A stretch of 45,183 bases of DNA from Azolla caroliniana (lineage: Eukaryota; Plantae; Polypodiophyta): NCBI GenBank assembly GCA_043228905.1, contig JBHGNT010000249.1, forward strand, positions 1 through 45,183, in the 5' to 3' direction. Positions 24,501 to 36,464 of the stretch are shown here, piece after piece; position 1 is the first letter of the stretch, and each line of letters starts with the position of its first letter. The position numbers and the translations under genes are program-made. The notes under the pieces are model-generated. The model searched no databases. It worked only from the letters and a program-made list of their open reading frames with translations, and was not told where the DNA came from.

Positions 24501-27500
24501 CTTGTATCATGTGTTTAAAACTGTGGGAACCCAGAAGTAGATCAAGAACATGAAGCCCATGTTGAAGGAGACCATTCATTGCTTCCATGCTTGGACATAT
24601 TCTTTGCAAACATTCTTTTAGAAGCCATTTCGTATCCTGAATTTTAGGAAGATTCTCCTCTATATCTTTCAGCTCATAGCTAGAAGACAGCCATCGCCTT
24701 TTATAAACCTTCTCCTTTTCAAGATCATAGGTCCCTGCCAATGAGAGTGCAAAATCGAACTTTCCATTCTGCAATAACTCTTCAAAAAGTTCAGGCACTG
24801 TGTGTTCACGTAATGAAAGAAGTCTCCAACCAGTGTTTTCAGATTTTTGACTTGTTTGGGGCACTTCATTTAATGTCCTTGTCTCATATTGCATGTTATC
24901 TAAAAGAAAGATACACCTCCTTTTGCCATGAACTATTTGCAGTTCATCACATGAAAAACCTCCAACAAATTTTGAAGATATCTGGAGTTCAGGTAGAGAC
25001 ATCATAAACAATGAGCCCTCTTCATTGAGAAGAAAAATGGCATTGTTTGACCACCAGAAAGCTCCTTTTACATGTAGGCTTTCTGACATAAATCCTTCTT
25101 TTGATGTGGGCTCTGACGCTACTTCGAAATAAGAAAAGTTTGAATCTTCTTTCTTTCCAACAGACTTCTCCAGTATATCTTTAGTTTCAATCATCGTGTC
25201 AACTAAGCGATGGTCATTATTTTTAGTGATTTGGATCTCCTGAAGTGTCCATCCCTGAGCTTGTTGCACACACACTAACCGAAGCCTTGCTCGTGACTCT
25301 ATTAGCCCTACATAATGACAAGAAGGTGACATTACCAGCTTCAGTGGTGAAAAAGATGGCATGATTGGAGAATCAGTCATTATATCTGTAGATCCGAGCA
25401 GCTCCAATGAGTCCCAAAAATCTTGGATTTTCCACAGGGACAGGCAGTAGCATCCTATTGCATAGTAGGGATGGATCAGTTGTAGAACTTTTCAGAGTAG
25501 AAATTGATTTTTCAAGAAAATGAAGAGTCCCTCAGTTTAAAACTCACCAGCAGATTTTGAAATATTGCTGCCAGTTGATAAACCAGCAACTGCTAGGATT
25601 GATTTCTCAGAATTGAGGTCGTGGCAAAGCAAACCCCATGGATACATCTTTTTCAAAGAAGAATATGAAATCATCCTTGGATTTGCTGAAGTGAATCCCT
25701 CATGCCCACATTGAACGTGATAGACATTGCAATCAGATGAAAGAACTGCTAAACTATATCTGACATACATGAAACTTGTGTTAATGTGCACCAAACTAAA
25801 GTTTATCAACTTAAAATGTTGACGAGCATCACCTTCCCGAGGTTGAAGACTGTTTTATGAACATTCCAAGAGCATGTCCACTGGATTTCCAGCATTGCAG
25901 AGAGATTCTCGCAAGCTCTCTCCCACTACTACTAAGCATGACAATTAGTTTACAGCTTGTCAATACAGCAAATATATCCAACGCCCCTAGCCAAACTCCA
26001 TAAACAACATATCCAGCCTCTGAAGTACCTACATTATCACATGCATCGAACAGTTCACCTTGATGTGCCAGAAGTTTGTTATGATTGTTAATTGCATGCT
26101 ACAATGAGATTATAAACAAGCTTCTCTAAACAAATTCCTACGCAGCATCACATTCAAATGCCTTCTATAAATTGGAAGAAGAGTGTTAACATTCTTCTGA
26201 TTCAGGCACCTTCATATGTCTACCACGGTGAGCTTCACTAGAGTATTTCCAGAACCAACAACATTTTTTGAAAAAATATATTGCATGCCAAATACTTGGA
26301 AACTATATAAGCTTAAATTTTGAACATCTACATGAATGAAACACTATGCCAACATTTTCTTCTTGGAACAATCTGATGCATCAGCCATCATACTGGGGAA
26401 CAATGAGTACGAAGCACATTGACCAACCAATAGTGAAGTTCACCAACAAATTTTTTGGTTTAAATAGGTTCTCCAAATTGCACTTGTCCACCTATACCAT
26501 ATATGCAATATAGGGCACTAGAATAATGAAGAAAGTGGATTAACAGGTAGACTACACCTAACAATCAACAACGGTTTAACGGTAAAAATGGTTTGTTTCG
26601 GTTCAGGTTCAAGTTTTTTTTAATGGTTCGGTTCAGTTTGGGGGTGAACGGATCGGTTTGGTTTAACTGTTTGATGGTTTTTTAATTTTTTTTGATTTTT
26701 TTTAAACAACCTTTTCATTTTTAAGCCTAATTCTCACATTTCAGGAAAAATCTTTAAATTTTGAAATAGTGAAAAAAATTAATTTTAAATTTTGAATTTC
26801 GACCTAAGTTGAAACCGAAAACGAACCACTAAACCGCAGTTTTAGCAGTTTAATGGTTTAACCGTTTAGATTTTTACCTAATGGTTTTGGGGCTCGGAAT
26901 TTTAAACGGTTCAGTTTGGACACTCTCGAACCAAACCGAACCGTTGCCAATTATTAACTACACCTATGCAGGTGCTCAGGATTACTATCTAGCTACCCAG
27001 TCAAATTACCTCATAGAACAAAAGTCCTCAGGAATTTACTGATATAAAACATCCATTCTCACATCTTATATATCCAGGAGATAAAGGATTTCTCATTGAC
27101 CTTTAAAAAGTTAAAATTTCCTCATAACACTGATTATCACAGCTCATTCATGTAGCAGTATGATTGACAAAAATAGCTGATTATATACATAATGAAAGCT
27201 AAGTCGATACATATTTGATATAGCACTGACTCTCACACCTATGTATACAAGACAGAAGTGGCTGATTATACACCCAGAAGAATGTATTAATTTGTATTGA
27301 TGACTCACGCAATGCATATTTTCATGCCTCATTTACGCTGTGATATTTGAGATCACACACACAAAGAGACGTCATTTTTTGTACCCAAATCATACCATTA
27401 ATAAGAAAGTAGGTGATCATACACAAAAGAAATGGATCATCCCATCGAATTTATACTGAGGAAAGAAAAGTGACACCTCATTTACAAAGTAATATCTATA

Positions 27501-28631
27501 AGCAATTTCTTTTTCATGTCGAATTTGTATTGATGGAGCACAACCTCATTTACACCTTAATATTATTAAGAAATGTATAGCTGATTATTACACACAGAAG
27601 AAATGCCTTGATGCTTACTTGTGCTGGTTCCTACTGCATTTGCAAAGTCATTCTCTCTAGAGAGAAATGTTATATTGAATCCATCTATAACTGCTACATG
27701 ATTTCCATCATCCGAAGCAACAAAATATTGCCTTGGTTGCTGCAATCTTATCTCTTTCTGACCCCTCCACCATTGTCCCAAACCTGCTGGATTTAATCAC
27801 AAATGCTTCTGAGGCTGTATTTTCTTCATATAAATCCTTCTGTTTCATAACTTTTTCATTGTTTTCTATTTTTTCGTCAAATATATTTCTGCTTTTGAAT
27901 TATTTTTCATCAAAAATATTTTTGTTTCGTATCAATTGCCATTTAGTTATTTCTGAAATACGGAGAGAAAGACAGATTCAAGAAGAGATTGATGACCTAC
28001 CAGCTATGATCTTTCCAGAAAAAAAACTCGGATTACGCAATGAAGAGGCCTGCAAAAGTAGTTTGCGTCATCAGAAAAAAAAAATACTTTCTCGTCTGTT
28101 TAATAATAAGAAATACACATGTCACTACAGCAAAGTTTCAGAAGAGGTTGATGATCTAATCGGAAACCACCATTCCAGACAAGGAAAAACGAAGATTTAT
28201 CTAACTACTTATAAATCAGTTATCAACGAGATAGGATAAAATAACCTTAGAAGCAATAAAAGACATATAAGAAAGGCTATAATGGGAAGCGGAGAAGAAA
28301 GATAAACGTTTGAGCCTTGGATCTGCGATTTTCTGTGTTATCACACAACCCGCTAACCAAATACATTAGGTGAAATCCTGTACAAGAAGAGGGGGGAAAG
28401 GAATAGAACTAACCTTGCGGTCTTCAGTGTGGTGGTACAGAGTGATGATCATCGAAGATGAAGAAGAAAGAATTGACGACAGAGAATGGAGGGGGGAGGA
28501 AAGGAAGGAAGAACGAACGAACGAACGAAACTTACCTTGAGATCTTCGACAGAGGGGGGAACAGGAGGAGGGTCGCATGAAGCAGAAGCGTGGAGAGAGA
28601 GGTGGAGAAGAAGGCGATGAGAGACCTCCAT
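18517..28631 (-). CDS. MIP2: MAG2-interacting protein 2 / NBAS (Sec39-domain) ER tethering factor, ~2245 aa
   Basis: Eleven phase-consistent exons: 28631-28536, 28049-28001, 27783-27619, 26028-25833, 25759-25548, 25454-24410, 24319-23194, 23123-22767, 22234-21073, 20959-20709, 20595-18517 (6738 nt). Family-type motifs LQYSDRLETYLG, LALSLAGSGKIG, LDAIPETIGP, WYRRRATEIDYVSGQLEN, EYYRGLLKAGKFSLAK, QAAREYFYSSSSLD, RKELLGFALSYC, WGQADGWDDEWE, LHECW. Confidence 0.92.
26559..26956. mobile_element. Non-autonomous hAT-type MITE (398 bp) in MIP2 intron 3
   Basis: Perfect 8-bp TSD ACTACACC at 26551-26558 and 26957-26964. Imperfect TIRs TAACAATCAACAACGGTT / AACCGTTGCCAATTATTA (14 of 18 match). Many subterminal CGGTT/AACCG motifs. 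Confidence 0.85.
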
Positions 28632-29057
28632 TGCGGGGGGAGATGGTTCTTCTGAAGCTCGGCTGCGATCAGGACGCGATCGGCATGGAAGCAGCGGAGA
28701 AGGAAAGCGAAGGGACGGCCTTCCTTCGCTTCTTTTCTGAGAAGAAGACAGGGAAAGTGCTGCTGCTTCCACTGCTACTGCTACTACTACTTTCGGGAAA
28801 TTTACGAAACTAACCCCTCCAAATCCTTCGAGAAAAACAAAGAAGAAGAATACTATGGTTTTCCTTAATTCCTCGCCATGCCCTTACGTTATTATTGTTG
28901 TATTGTTGTTGTTTTTTCCCCTTTGCCAATCCATTTCCTCCCTTCTCTCTCTCTCTCTCTCTCTCTTCTCGTTCATGCCGCCCGTTGATCTCTCTCCTCT
29001 ACTTTCATTGTGTCTCACAATGGGCGGCGCACCAACTGGGTCATCGGCTTTCCATAC

Positions 29058-29081
29058 AAACCCTAAACCCTAAACCCTAAA
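29058..29081. promoter_or_regulatory. Telobox cluster / interstitial plant telomere repeat (CCCTAAA)3
   Basis: AAACCCTAAACCCTAAACCCTAAA in the MIP2-Dof divergent intergenic region, about 100 bp from a (CT)n tract at ~28944-28966. Confidence 0.7.
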
Positions 29082-30522
29082 TATGTCTTTTGCACACCAT
29101 AACTCGCTCGCTCGTCCTAAACTACATGCCATAATTGGTGTATCGAACTAATGACCTTGCAGTCTCCGAACAATCAACGCACTTACCCTTGTGGTAATAA
29201 GGTATTCGAGTACCTACTATGTACGGGCTCGAGTTTAAATAAAGCCCTTGACTTCTCACATATCTTTACTGCCCATATATCTCTCCTTGCTTGATGCCAC
29301 TTGCAAAATGCTAAGGGTTGAGCACGTGACCTTTTGGTCTCCTCCACAAAACAATGTTACCAACTTTGAGGTATATAATCAAATTAATTTTAACTACGAA
29401 AAGGAAACGATTAGGAATATTAACTTAAAGATAGACAACTTTGGGGTGTGTGTGTGGATGTGATGTTTGTGGGTAAATAAAGGAAAGCCATTTTTAGCCA
29501 AAAAGGCTACTTTTATGATCATCTCTCTGCTTTGCTTTTCTGACACACACACACACCTCTCTCTTTCTGTCTCTCTCGTACACACACAATTCCTGATGGC
29601 TCCACTAAGGTAAGCTTCTCTCATCAGTACTACATCTCTGATTCTCTTCATTTACCCTCTCTCAATTTTACCTACAAATCTAATCCCTTCTTCATTTCTC
29701 CCCCCACCCCCTTCCTCCAATTTCCTACAATTAATCGCCCCCCAGTCTGTTTTACAACACTAATTGATTCAATTTCTTCTTCGAGATTTTTCGTGCTTTC
29801 GCCACGAATCTCCCAACCACACACTGTTTTTGACATTTGCAACAGGGAAATCATGGAAAACAAAAGGATAAAACTTGCCCTGCTGAATCCCAGTTTCCCA
29901 CAAATTTCCCACCAGTTGTTTGATGTAATTACATTGGGAAACAGTTTTTTTGGGGGGAGGGGATGGTGTCTCTTAATCAACCATGTGCCTAATTCGATTG
30001 AATTGATGAATAGATACCCGGAGACATAATTAATCTCGATCTGGAGGTGCTCTTCCGTGGTGGTGGTAGACGGGAGTTTCGATTCCTAGACAATCAGGTG
30101 AACTTCTGCGGCTCAACGAGGCGCTTTGATTTCTACACAATCATTGGCTCGGCTCGGCCAGGCTCTTCTTCAGATTTCAACGCACTCATTGTGCTAGTGC
30201 AGCTCCAGGAGGCTTCTTTTAATTGATATTCCTAGGTAAATAAATTCGTTTCCCGGTCTAGTAAATACCGGAGTACTTTCATGTGCACATTGATGAATCT
30301 GCTTTTGCATGTACATCCCCTGATCCAATTGCATCTTCCTAAACTATATAATGGGGGGGGCGGGGGTGCAACTATGCTGCCGAGAGATGTATCGGCAGTA
30401 ATCAAATGATAGCTAACAACTCATGTGATGGATTTAAGGGTGATTGATAGGTCGGGTGAGAATTGATCGGACCGACATTAGGGGGGAAGGAGGCAGGCGG
30501 GTGGGCGGGTGGGCGGGGGGCG

Positions 30523-32121
30523 ATGCAACAAGTTGATCGCGTGGGCGGGGTAATATCGGCTCGGGCATTGGTACCGGACGAGCAGCAGTGTGACATATTA
30601 ACAACGAGCGAAAAAGACAAAGACAAGGACAATGTGGCGAGATCGGGGGGTGGAGGCTTGCAAGCCGGGGTTTGTGGCCCCGGGGGAGGAGGAGGAGGAG
30701 TAACATCCGAGAAACTGGCTCAGCAGCAGCAGCTCAAGTGCCCTAGGTGCGAATCGAGCAACACCAAGTTCTGCTACTACAACAACTATAGCTTGGCGCA
30801 GCCGCGGCACTTCTGCAAGAACTGCCGGCGCTACTGGACACAGGGTGGGGCGCTCCGCAACGTGCCCGTGGGCGGGGGGTGCCGGAAGAACAAGCGCAGC
30901 AGCCCGAGCCTCCACACTAGTGGGGGTACCACCGTTGGTGCCAACAACAACCACAACATTGGTACAACTTCTAGCAAGCACATGAATGTTAGGGGTGGGT
31001 TGGGGTTGAATGACCCATGCCACCACCACCACCTTCATCATCAATACTTATACCCCCCTTTCCATGACACCTCTTCTGCTGGCTCCACCACCACATCTAG
31101 CATCCTTGCTAGATTGAGCTCTACCTTCCTCCCACCTCCTCCTTTCTCTTCCACCCTCCCTCACTTCCCCCATGACCTCAACCTTCTGCAGTCCTCCTCT
31201 CTTCAATATGACCCACCCCCCCACTCCACTTCTTCTCTCTTTGAGCTCAATAGCCTCCCCCCTCTCATTGCCCACAAACCCCCCCTCGTCCGCCCATTTA
31301 ACCACCTCCTGCCCAACACGATCAATGCCGCTAGCCACCACATGAACAACCTCTTAATCAATAACTCCGACAACCTCGTCGGCCCGTCCACTTACCTCGA
31401 CCCTCGGTTATCCCATGGTACCACTAGCTTAGATCACACCCATATCACATATAATAACAACCTTAACCCTAGTAACCTATATGATCATCTCATAACCCCC
31501 TTATTTGATACTAATATTCAGTTGCCCCCTCGTCTAAGCACAAACACGGTTCCCAACTCGGCCACTGCGACTCTCTCATTGATTGAGGATCACGAGCTCT
31601 CTGATTTTTCAGCCAATGTATCCTCGTCTACTAATATCAATATTATCAATCCTAACTCGGCAAATTTCGATATGAACCAAGATATGAACCAAGAACGTAG
31701 CTCATTAACATTGGTGGGGGATCATGTTGTATCCATGGAGAAAGAGTATAACCATCGTGACCAAGATTCTAGGAATATTTCACCATTGGATCAAACTGAT
31801 GCATCTGAGAATGCTCCATTGGAGCAGCTTGACATGGGAGCTCAAAAGAATATTCCCTTAGAACTATTGGATCATGTTCACGACGACAAAAATGAAGACA
31901 GAGTAACTACTACCCATGGAGATATCAATGAACTCTCGATCAATGAAGACATGAAAGAGTTATGTGGTGATACTAATGGAATCTCGATGGGAGACACACA
32001 CAATATTCCATGGAATATTTCACAAGTCAGTATTAGCCATGATAGGCATACCGACATGTTTAACATTCATGGTGGTAGCGAGCTTCATCGAAACAACACT
32101 TGGAGCAATAACACAAGGTGA
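30523..32121 (+). CDS. DOF: Dof zinc-finger transcription factor, ~532 aa
   Basis: Canonical Dof domain [50 protein letters not shown] at 30739-30888. The first ATG is 30523 (the track ORF starts at a TTG, with an in-frame TGA at 30457). An upstream exon or UTR intron is possible. Confidence 0.93.
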   Translation: MQQVDRVGGVISARALVPDEQQCDILTTSEKDKDKDNVARSGGGGLQAGVCGPGGGGGGVTSEKLAQQQQLKCPRCESSNTKFCYYNNYSLAQPRHFCKNCRRYWTQGGALRNVPVGGGCRKNKRSSPSLHTSGGTTVGANNNHNIGTTSSKHMNVRGGLGLNDPCHHHHLHHQYLYPPFHDTSSAGSTTTSSILARLSSTFLPPPPFSSTLPHFPHDLNLLQSSSLQYDPPPHSTSSLFELNSLPPLIAHKPPLVRPFNHLLPNTINAASHHMNNLLINNSDNLVGPSTYLDPRLSHGTTSLDHTHITYNNNLNPSNLYDHLITPLFDTNIQLPPRLSTNTVPNSATATLSLIEDHELSDFSANVSSSTNINIINPNSANFDMNQDMNQERSSLTLVGDHVVSMEKEYNHRDQDSRNISPLDQTDASENAPLEQLDMGAQKNIPLELLDHVHDDKNEDRVTTTHGDINELSINEDMKELCGDTNGISMGDTHNIPWNISQVSISHDRHTDMFNIHGGSELHRNNTWSNNTR

Positions 32122-33264
32122 ATGGTTGAGGGGAGGACACTTTGCATGATCATTGGTTTGTACCACATCTAGTACATTGATGCGTCCTTTTACCACTCCC
32201 CGAATTGTCTTGGGATTATTCCTCAGACATTGTCCATAGATGTATTTGTTTTGTTTTACTTGCTTAGGGGAGGCAACTTAGGGAGTTGTTCTATTATGCA
32301 ACAACACATAATAATATAGTGTAGCAGTTGATCACGAGTCAAAAAGTTTTGTAAACTAGTTCCCGACTTTTGGTGGTATGATATATCTCTATCTCTTTGG
32401 AGTACAAGAACTAGAGTAGCACTAGAATGTAAATAATAGAAATAATACACAATTGCACGTACAACTTACAATATCTTTGTAGAGAAATCATTGTAAACTT
32501 ATCTAAATACGTACCATGTTATCATGGAAAACTTATTGATGGTTCCATGCCATTAGAAGTGACATTGAGTGTGAAACAATTGTGTATTATGATGTGGGTT
32601 AATCGCCTTAAACTTAATATTGTACTTTATATGATTATACTCTTTTAACATTAGATATGATCTAGCCATATGTGCATTAATCCATTATACCAATGTATTT
32701 GTAAGTTATGATATCTTATTGGTCTCAACTTTTTATTGTGTTCCATGTTGAAGGTTTTAAAACTTTTTATTGGTCTCAACTTTGCCATTGGTGTCTACTC
32801 AACTAATAGACTTGCACTTTTTTTAACTAAGTCTAGTCATTAAAGCAAGATTAGCAAGTGGTTGGGGGCATGGTTTTTTTGCTCCTACGATAATTTGTTG
32901 ATAGATGAATCCTAAGTTTCCTCGTGGGGAAATCAAAGAAGTTTGGGATGCAAGAAAACTCCAGAGATTTTGGTTGCCAACATTGCTCACAAATAACAGT
33001 GTTGGTTTCAACTATCATCCATACTAAACTACACTTTTCAATGTGAGAGAGGTTAGACAAATTATTTCAACGTGATTTACAAACGAACATCAATTTTGTG
33101 TTTACTGTCCTTCGGATACAAATCGCGATTTATCCACTCTTGGAAGAGCCCGTTTCTTAATTGTTTGCTCTATTCAAAATTGTTTCCTACTCATACATGA
33201 TTAATGAAATTGAGCATCTAAGTTATTACTCTTTCGATGTTTTGGCCCTAATTTTCCTCCTCTT

Positions 33265-33777
33265 GTTGTGTTATCTTTATTGTTCCTGTATGACTTTATC
33301 TTGTCTTTTATTTGCATCTCCATATCTCTTGAAATTACGCAAAACAACATAATCGCATGGCCAACATGAAATGAATGAGGTCTAATGGTTCCTATCCTAG
33401 CTTGGGGGACAATTAGCATTGGGTTCCAATACTTGTATGTTCAATCATAGTATGCGTGACAACACGGCGTAGGGATAAGAAGCTCTGTGTTTTGCCAATT
33501 GACGGATGTTTTGATGTAAATATCCAAAATTTGAAGGTGTATCATGGTAAACGTCCCCCCAAAAGAAGTTGAAGAGAAATAGATTTTGAATGAGTGAAAC
33601 AAAAAGAGGACAAACATAAACTTGCATTTGGCAAGCAAGTAAAAATAAAAAGTCATTAGAAAAGGAGCAAAGAAAGAGGAGACGAGAGAGATGTATGAGG
33701 AGGGAGGTGTGAGTGGCATTGTGGCGGGAAAACTCATTGCTCCTCTACCTAGCAATGGCATAGCCCTTGAGGAGGGC
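33265..33777 (-). pseudogene. Inverted partial copy of the EVG1-like gene (3' half of exon 1 plus intron pieces)
   Basis: 33446-33777 is the reverse complement of 38701-39122, and 33265-33445 of 39753-39933. It reads ALLKGYAIAR*RSNEFSRHNA against ALLRGYDIARQKGNDFSRHNA. The donor GTACGT has become ATACAT. Confidence 0.85.
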
Positions 33778-34127
33778 CAATATATATCATGGGCTAGTTA
33801 GTAGTCTTCAAGGCAAGAATCTTCTTTAGAATGCTCTTAACTATAATTTCTAGTATTTTCCAACCATTTCTAGCTATATTGTTCCCAGAGAAAAAGCTCT
33901 TGGTATCTCCCCCATCTCCTTCTTCTCCTAGAGTTGGTATATCCCAATGGATAAAACAAGACGATAATACAACTCTTGGTATCTCCACTACTTCATTAGC
34001 ACCGATATGGTAAGGTAAGCTCTCTCAAGTATTGTAATACTAAATTACATAAATCTAACTCGTATTGGGACAATGTTCCCATACGACGTAGTTGTGAAAA
34101 TTGTTAAATCAACTTTCCTTTCAGCCT

Positions 34128-35264
34128 AAGGAGCCTCATCTACCTCACGATCACTCAACCCGACCTGAGCTATTCGGTCGGCCTCCTTAGCCAATTCGTG
34201 CAAACTCCACGAGATATCCATTTGGATTGTGCTAAGCGAGTGCTACGATATGTGAGTGGAACGATGGACTATGGCATTCTCTATAAGTCGGCCACACAAA
34301 TTCAACTCGAAGGGTACACATATGCCAATTGGGCCGGCTACAAAGCCAATCGACGATCAATCTCTAGTTTTGTCTTCTCCCTTGGAAGTGGAGCCATCTC
34401 TTGGAGTAGCAAGAAGCAACCAATCGTCCCTCTTTCGAGCACAGAGGCCGAATACAGGGGCGTGGTTGTGGCTGCATGTGAAGCCGTATGGGTCAAGAGG
34501 ATATTGAAGGATATGGGTGTTCCATCAAATATCTGACTCCCCTTTACTGCGACAACATGAGCAATATTCATTTGGCTCGGAACCTGTTGTTCCATGCACG
34601 CACGAAGGCATATCGAAGTGCACTATCACTTCGTTTGAGAGCGTGTTCAAGCTAGAGATGTCGACCTTCAACACATCAACACGAATCTTCAGACAACCGA
34701 CATCTTCACCAAAGCCATAGGGGCTGACAAGCTTCGAGAATTCATGTTAGACCTTGGATTGATGATCCGTGACTTGCCAAGCTTGAGGGGGAGTATGTCC
34801 GAACCGGGTATCAGTTGAAGCGGACACCAAACAGAGAGAACCGAATATCGTTCGAATCGGGTACCAGTCGAAGCAAACAAGCCGACCAAAGTTGAGCTTG
34901 AGGGGGCGTGCTAAGAATCAAACTCAACCTAGCCTAGTGTGTGAACACGCCCTTGAGAGTGTATGAACACTCAAAGGTCAAAAGTCACATCACTACTCTT
35001 TACACATTAACTATGTGTCATAGAATCATATTCTATTACACATAACTAATGAGTTTCCACATTCCCCATGACTCACGAGCTTCAGTAGTTAGTGAAGAGA
35101 GAGAGTGACTATATAAAACACTCTCCTCCTACTTGGTAATGTGTTGGTTAATCTCCTCTGTAATATACAATCCTCTTGAGTATTTTCCATTATCGATCTT
35201 GTGTCTCTCTCCTCTCCTCTCTCTCTCTCTCACACACACACACACATAACACATATCTCTAACC
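34128..35264 (+). mobile_element. Ty1/Copia retrotransposon 3' fragment (RT end, RNase H, PPT, 3' LTR)
   Basis: SLIYLTITQPDLSYSVGLLSQF, AKRVLRYV, GAISWSSKKQ, LSSTEAEY, YCDN, HARTKHIEVHYHF, DIFTKA and SLRG, with frameshifts and a stop. PPT TTGAGGGGGCG ends at 34908. The LTR starts TG at 34909, has a TATA at ~35110 and ends at approximately 35264. Confidence 0.9.
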
Positions 35265-36464
35265 TATTCCGCTGCATAAGAATCACCATCGATTCTTTAC
35301 AGTTTGGACACAATCTTCTTGCTAACCATTCACGATTCTCAAGTTGTTTGCTGCATCGAACTACTCTCACCCATCCCAACAGTTGTCTTTGTTCATAATT
35401 GTGACCATATGCTATGTGTTTTTCTAATGAATAATATCTAAATTTCAATTATATGTCTATTAATTGCATGTTATTTCTCGTAGTGTCCTTTAACGCTACT
35501 GTTAGGTTTTAGTTTTTCCATTGTTAGTCGACGTATCAAAGTCAACTAGATCTCTAGGTAAGCTAGGTTTTTAGCGGGTCATTATATTTGATGGTATCTT
35601 ACAGATTTAGGCATCTAGTACCAAAGGCAATCCTCCTTTACACAATTATATTCATTGAAAACTTAAGTTAAAAAGCTCTTGAGCCTCCTCGATGACTAGT
35701 TTTGTGGCCTCTTCCATCAAGGTTGGCTTTCTTTCGATTTACTCGAGCATGTTAAGTATTGTTCAACAACTTGTAACCATAATTCCATGCATCATGGCTC
35801 CATGTCTATCAAGTACAACATCGCTGCTCATTCGGTGCACAATTTGTTGACGAATGACTGAAGAGTGCATGAAAGGAATCTGTTGAATCATATATCTTCG
35901 TCTACCTTTTGCCGGTTATTTTAACCGTCCACATGCTTGATCGAGCATGGCTTAAAGGTGATGTTGCTTCTACCTTGAATTTGTTCTATTTTTGAGTATT
36001 CGCTAGTTATCTTCATTGGTGCAAGTGAAGGCTGTAGCAATTATTTCGATAGGAGCACTTATGTACAATAGTTTGGTGGGCAATTGGCCAATGAGGCATA
36101 CACATAATGGCAATGTCTAGGCATACGTGAGCCGTCGTCATTCAAACACAATAAGAATAACAATGAATCATGTACATACAATCCTAGTATGAACCGTACG
36201 TACATTCGCATTCAAGAATGTTCCAATCATTCAAGTATGGTAAACACCCTTGAAGTATGGTAAATACCATACTTTTGTATTCATTATTTATTATAAGATA
36301 AAAATATTTTTTTAAGGTAAAAAGTGTAAAAATAAAGAAGTAAGAATGTATCGGTAACATTCGCATGCGTTTGAAGTCGTATGAAAAAGAATGTTGGCCA
36401 ATGCATTCGAGTATATTACGTACTATGCATACAATATACCGTGCATGCATATAAGGTAAAAAAC

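Noticed and set aside
27733-28239. 168-aa plus-strand ORF
   Set aside because: Antisense to MIP2 exons 2-3 and their AT-rich introns, non-ATG start, no recognisable motif.
28412-28450. Good-looking donor (CAAG|GTTAG) in MIP2 intron 1, suggesting an extra micro-exon
   Set aside because: Exon 1 joins exon 2 in phase without it and there is no convincing acceptor. It cannot be excluded as a minor isoform.
28855-29073. ORF starting MVFLNSSP, reminiscent of the MVFSS start of some Dof proteins
   Set aside because: No LDPPNW-like motif and no phase-supported splice to the Dof exon. It consists mostly of CT-repeat and telobox sequence.
30598-31391. Minus-strand ORFs of 62-148 aa
   Set aside because: GC-rich antisense shadows of the Dof CDS.
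32862-32886. Minus-strand GAKKPCPQ peptide echoing EVG1-like exon 2 (KPKKPCPQ)
   Set aside because: Only six residues, no donor after it, unrelated flanks, and out of order relative to the inverted copy. Probably chance, though a formal alignment would settle it.
33794-34013. Short ORFs with a faint resemblance to an RNA polymerase large-subunit segment
   Set aside because: Similarity is too weak and short to support.
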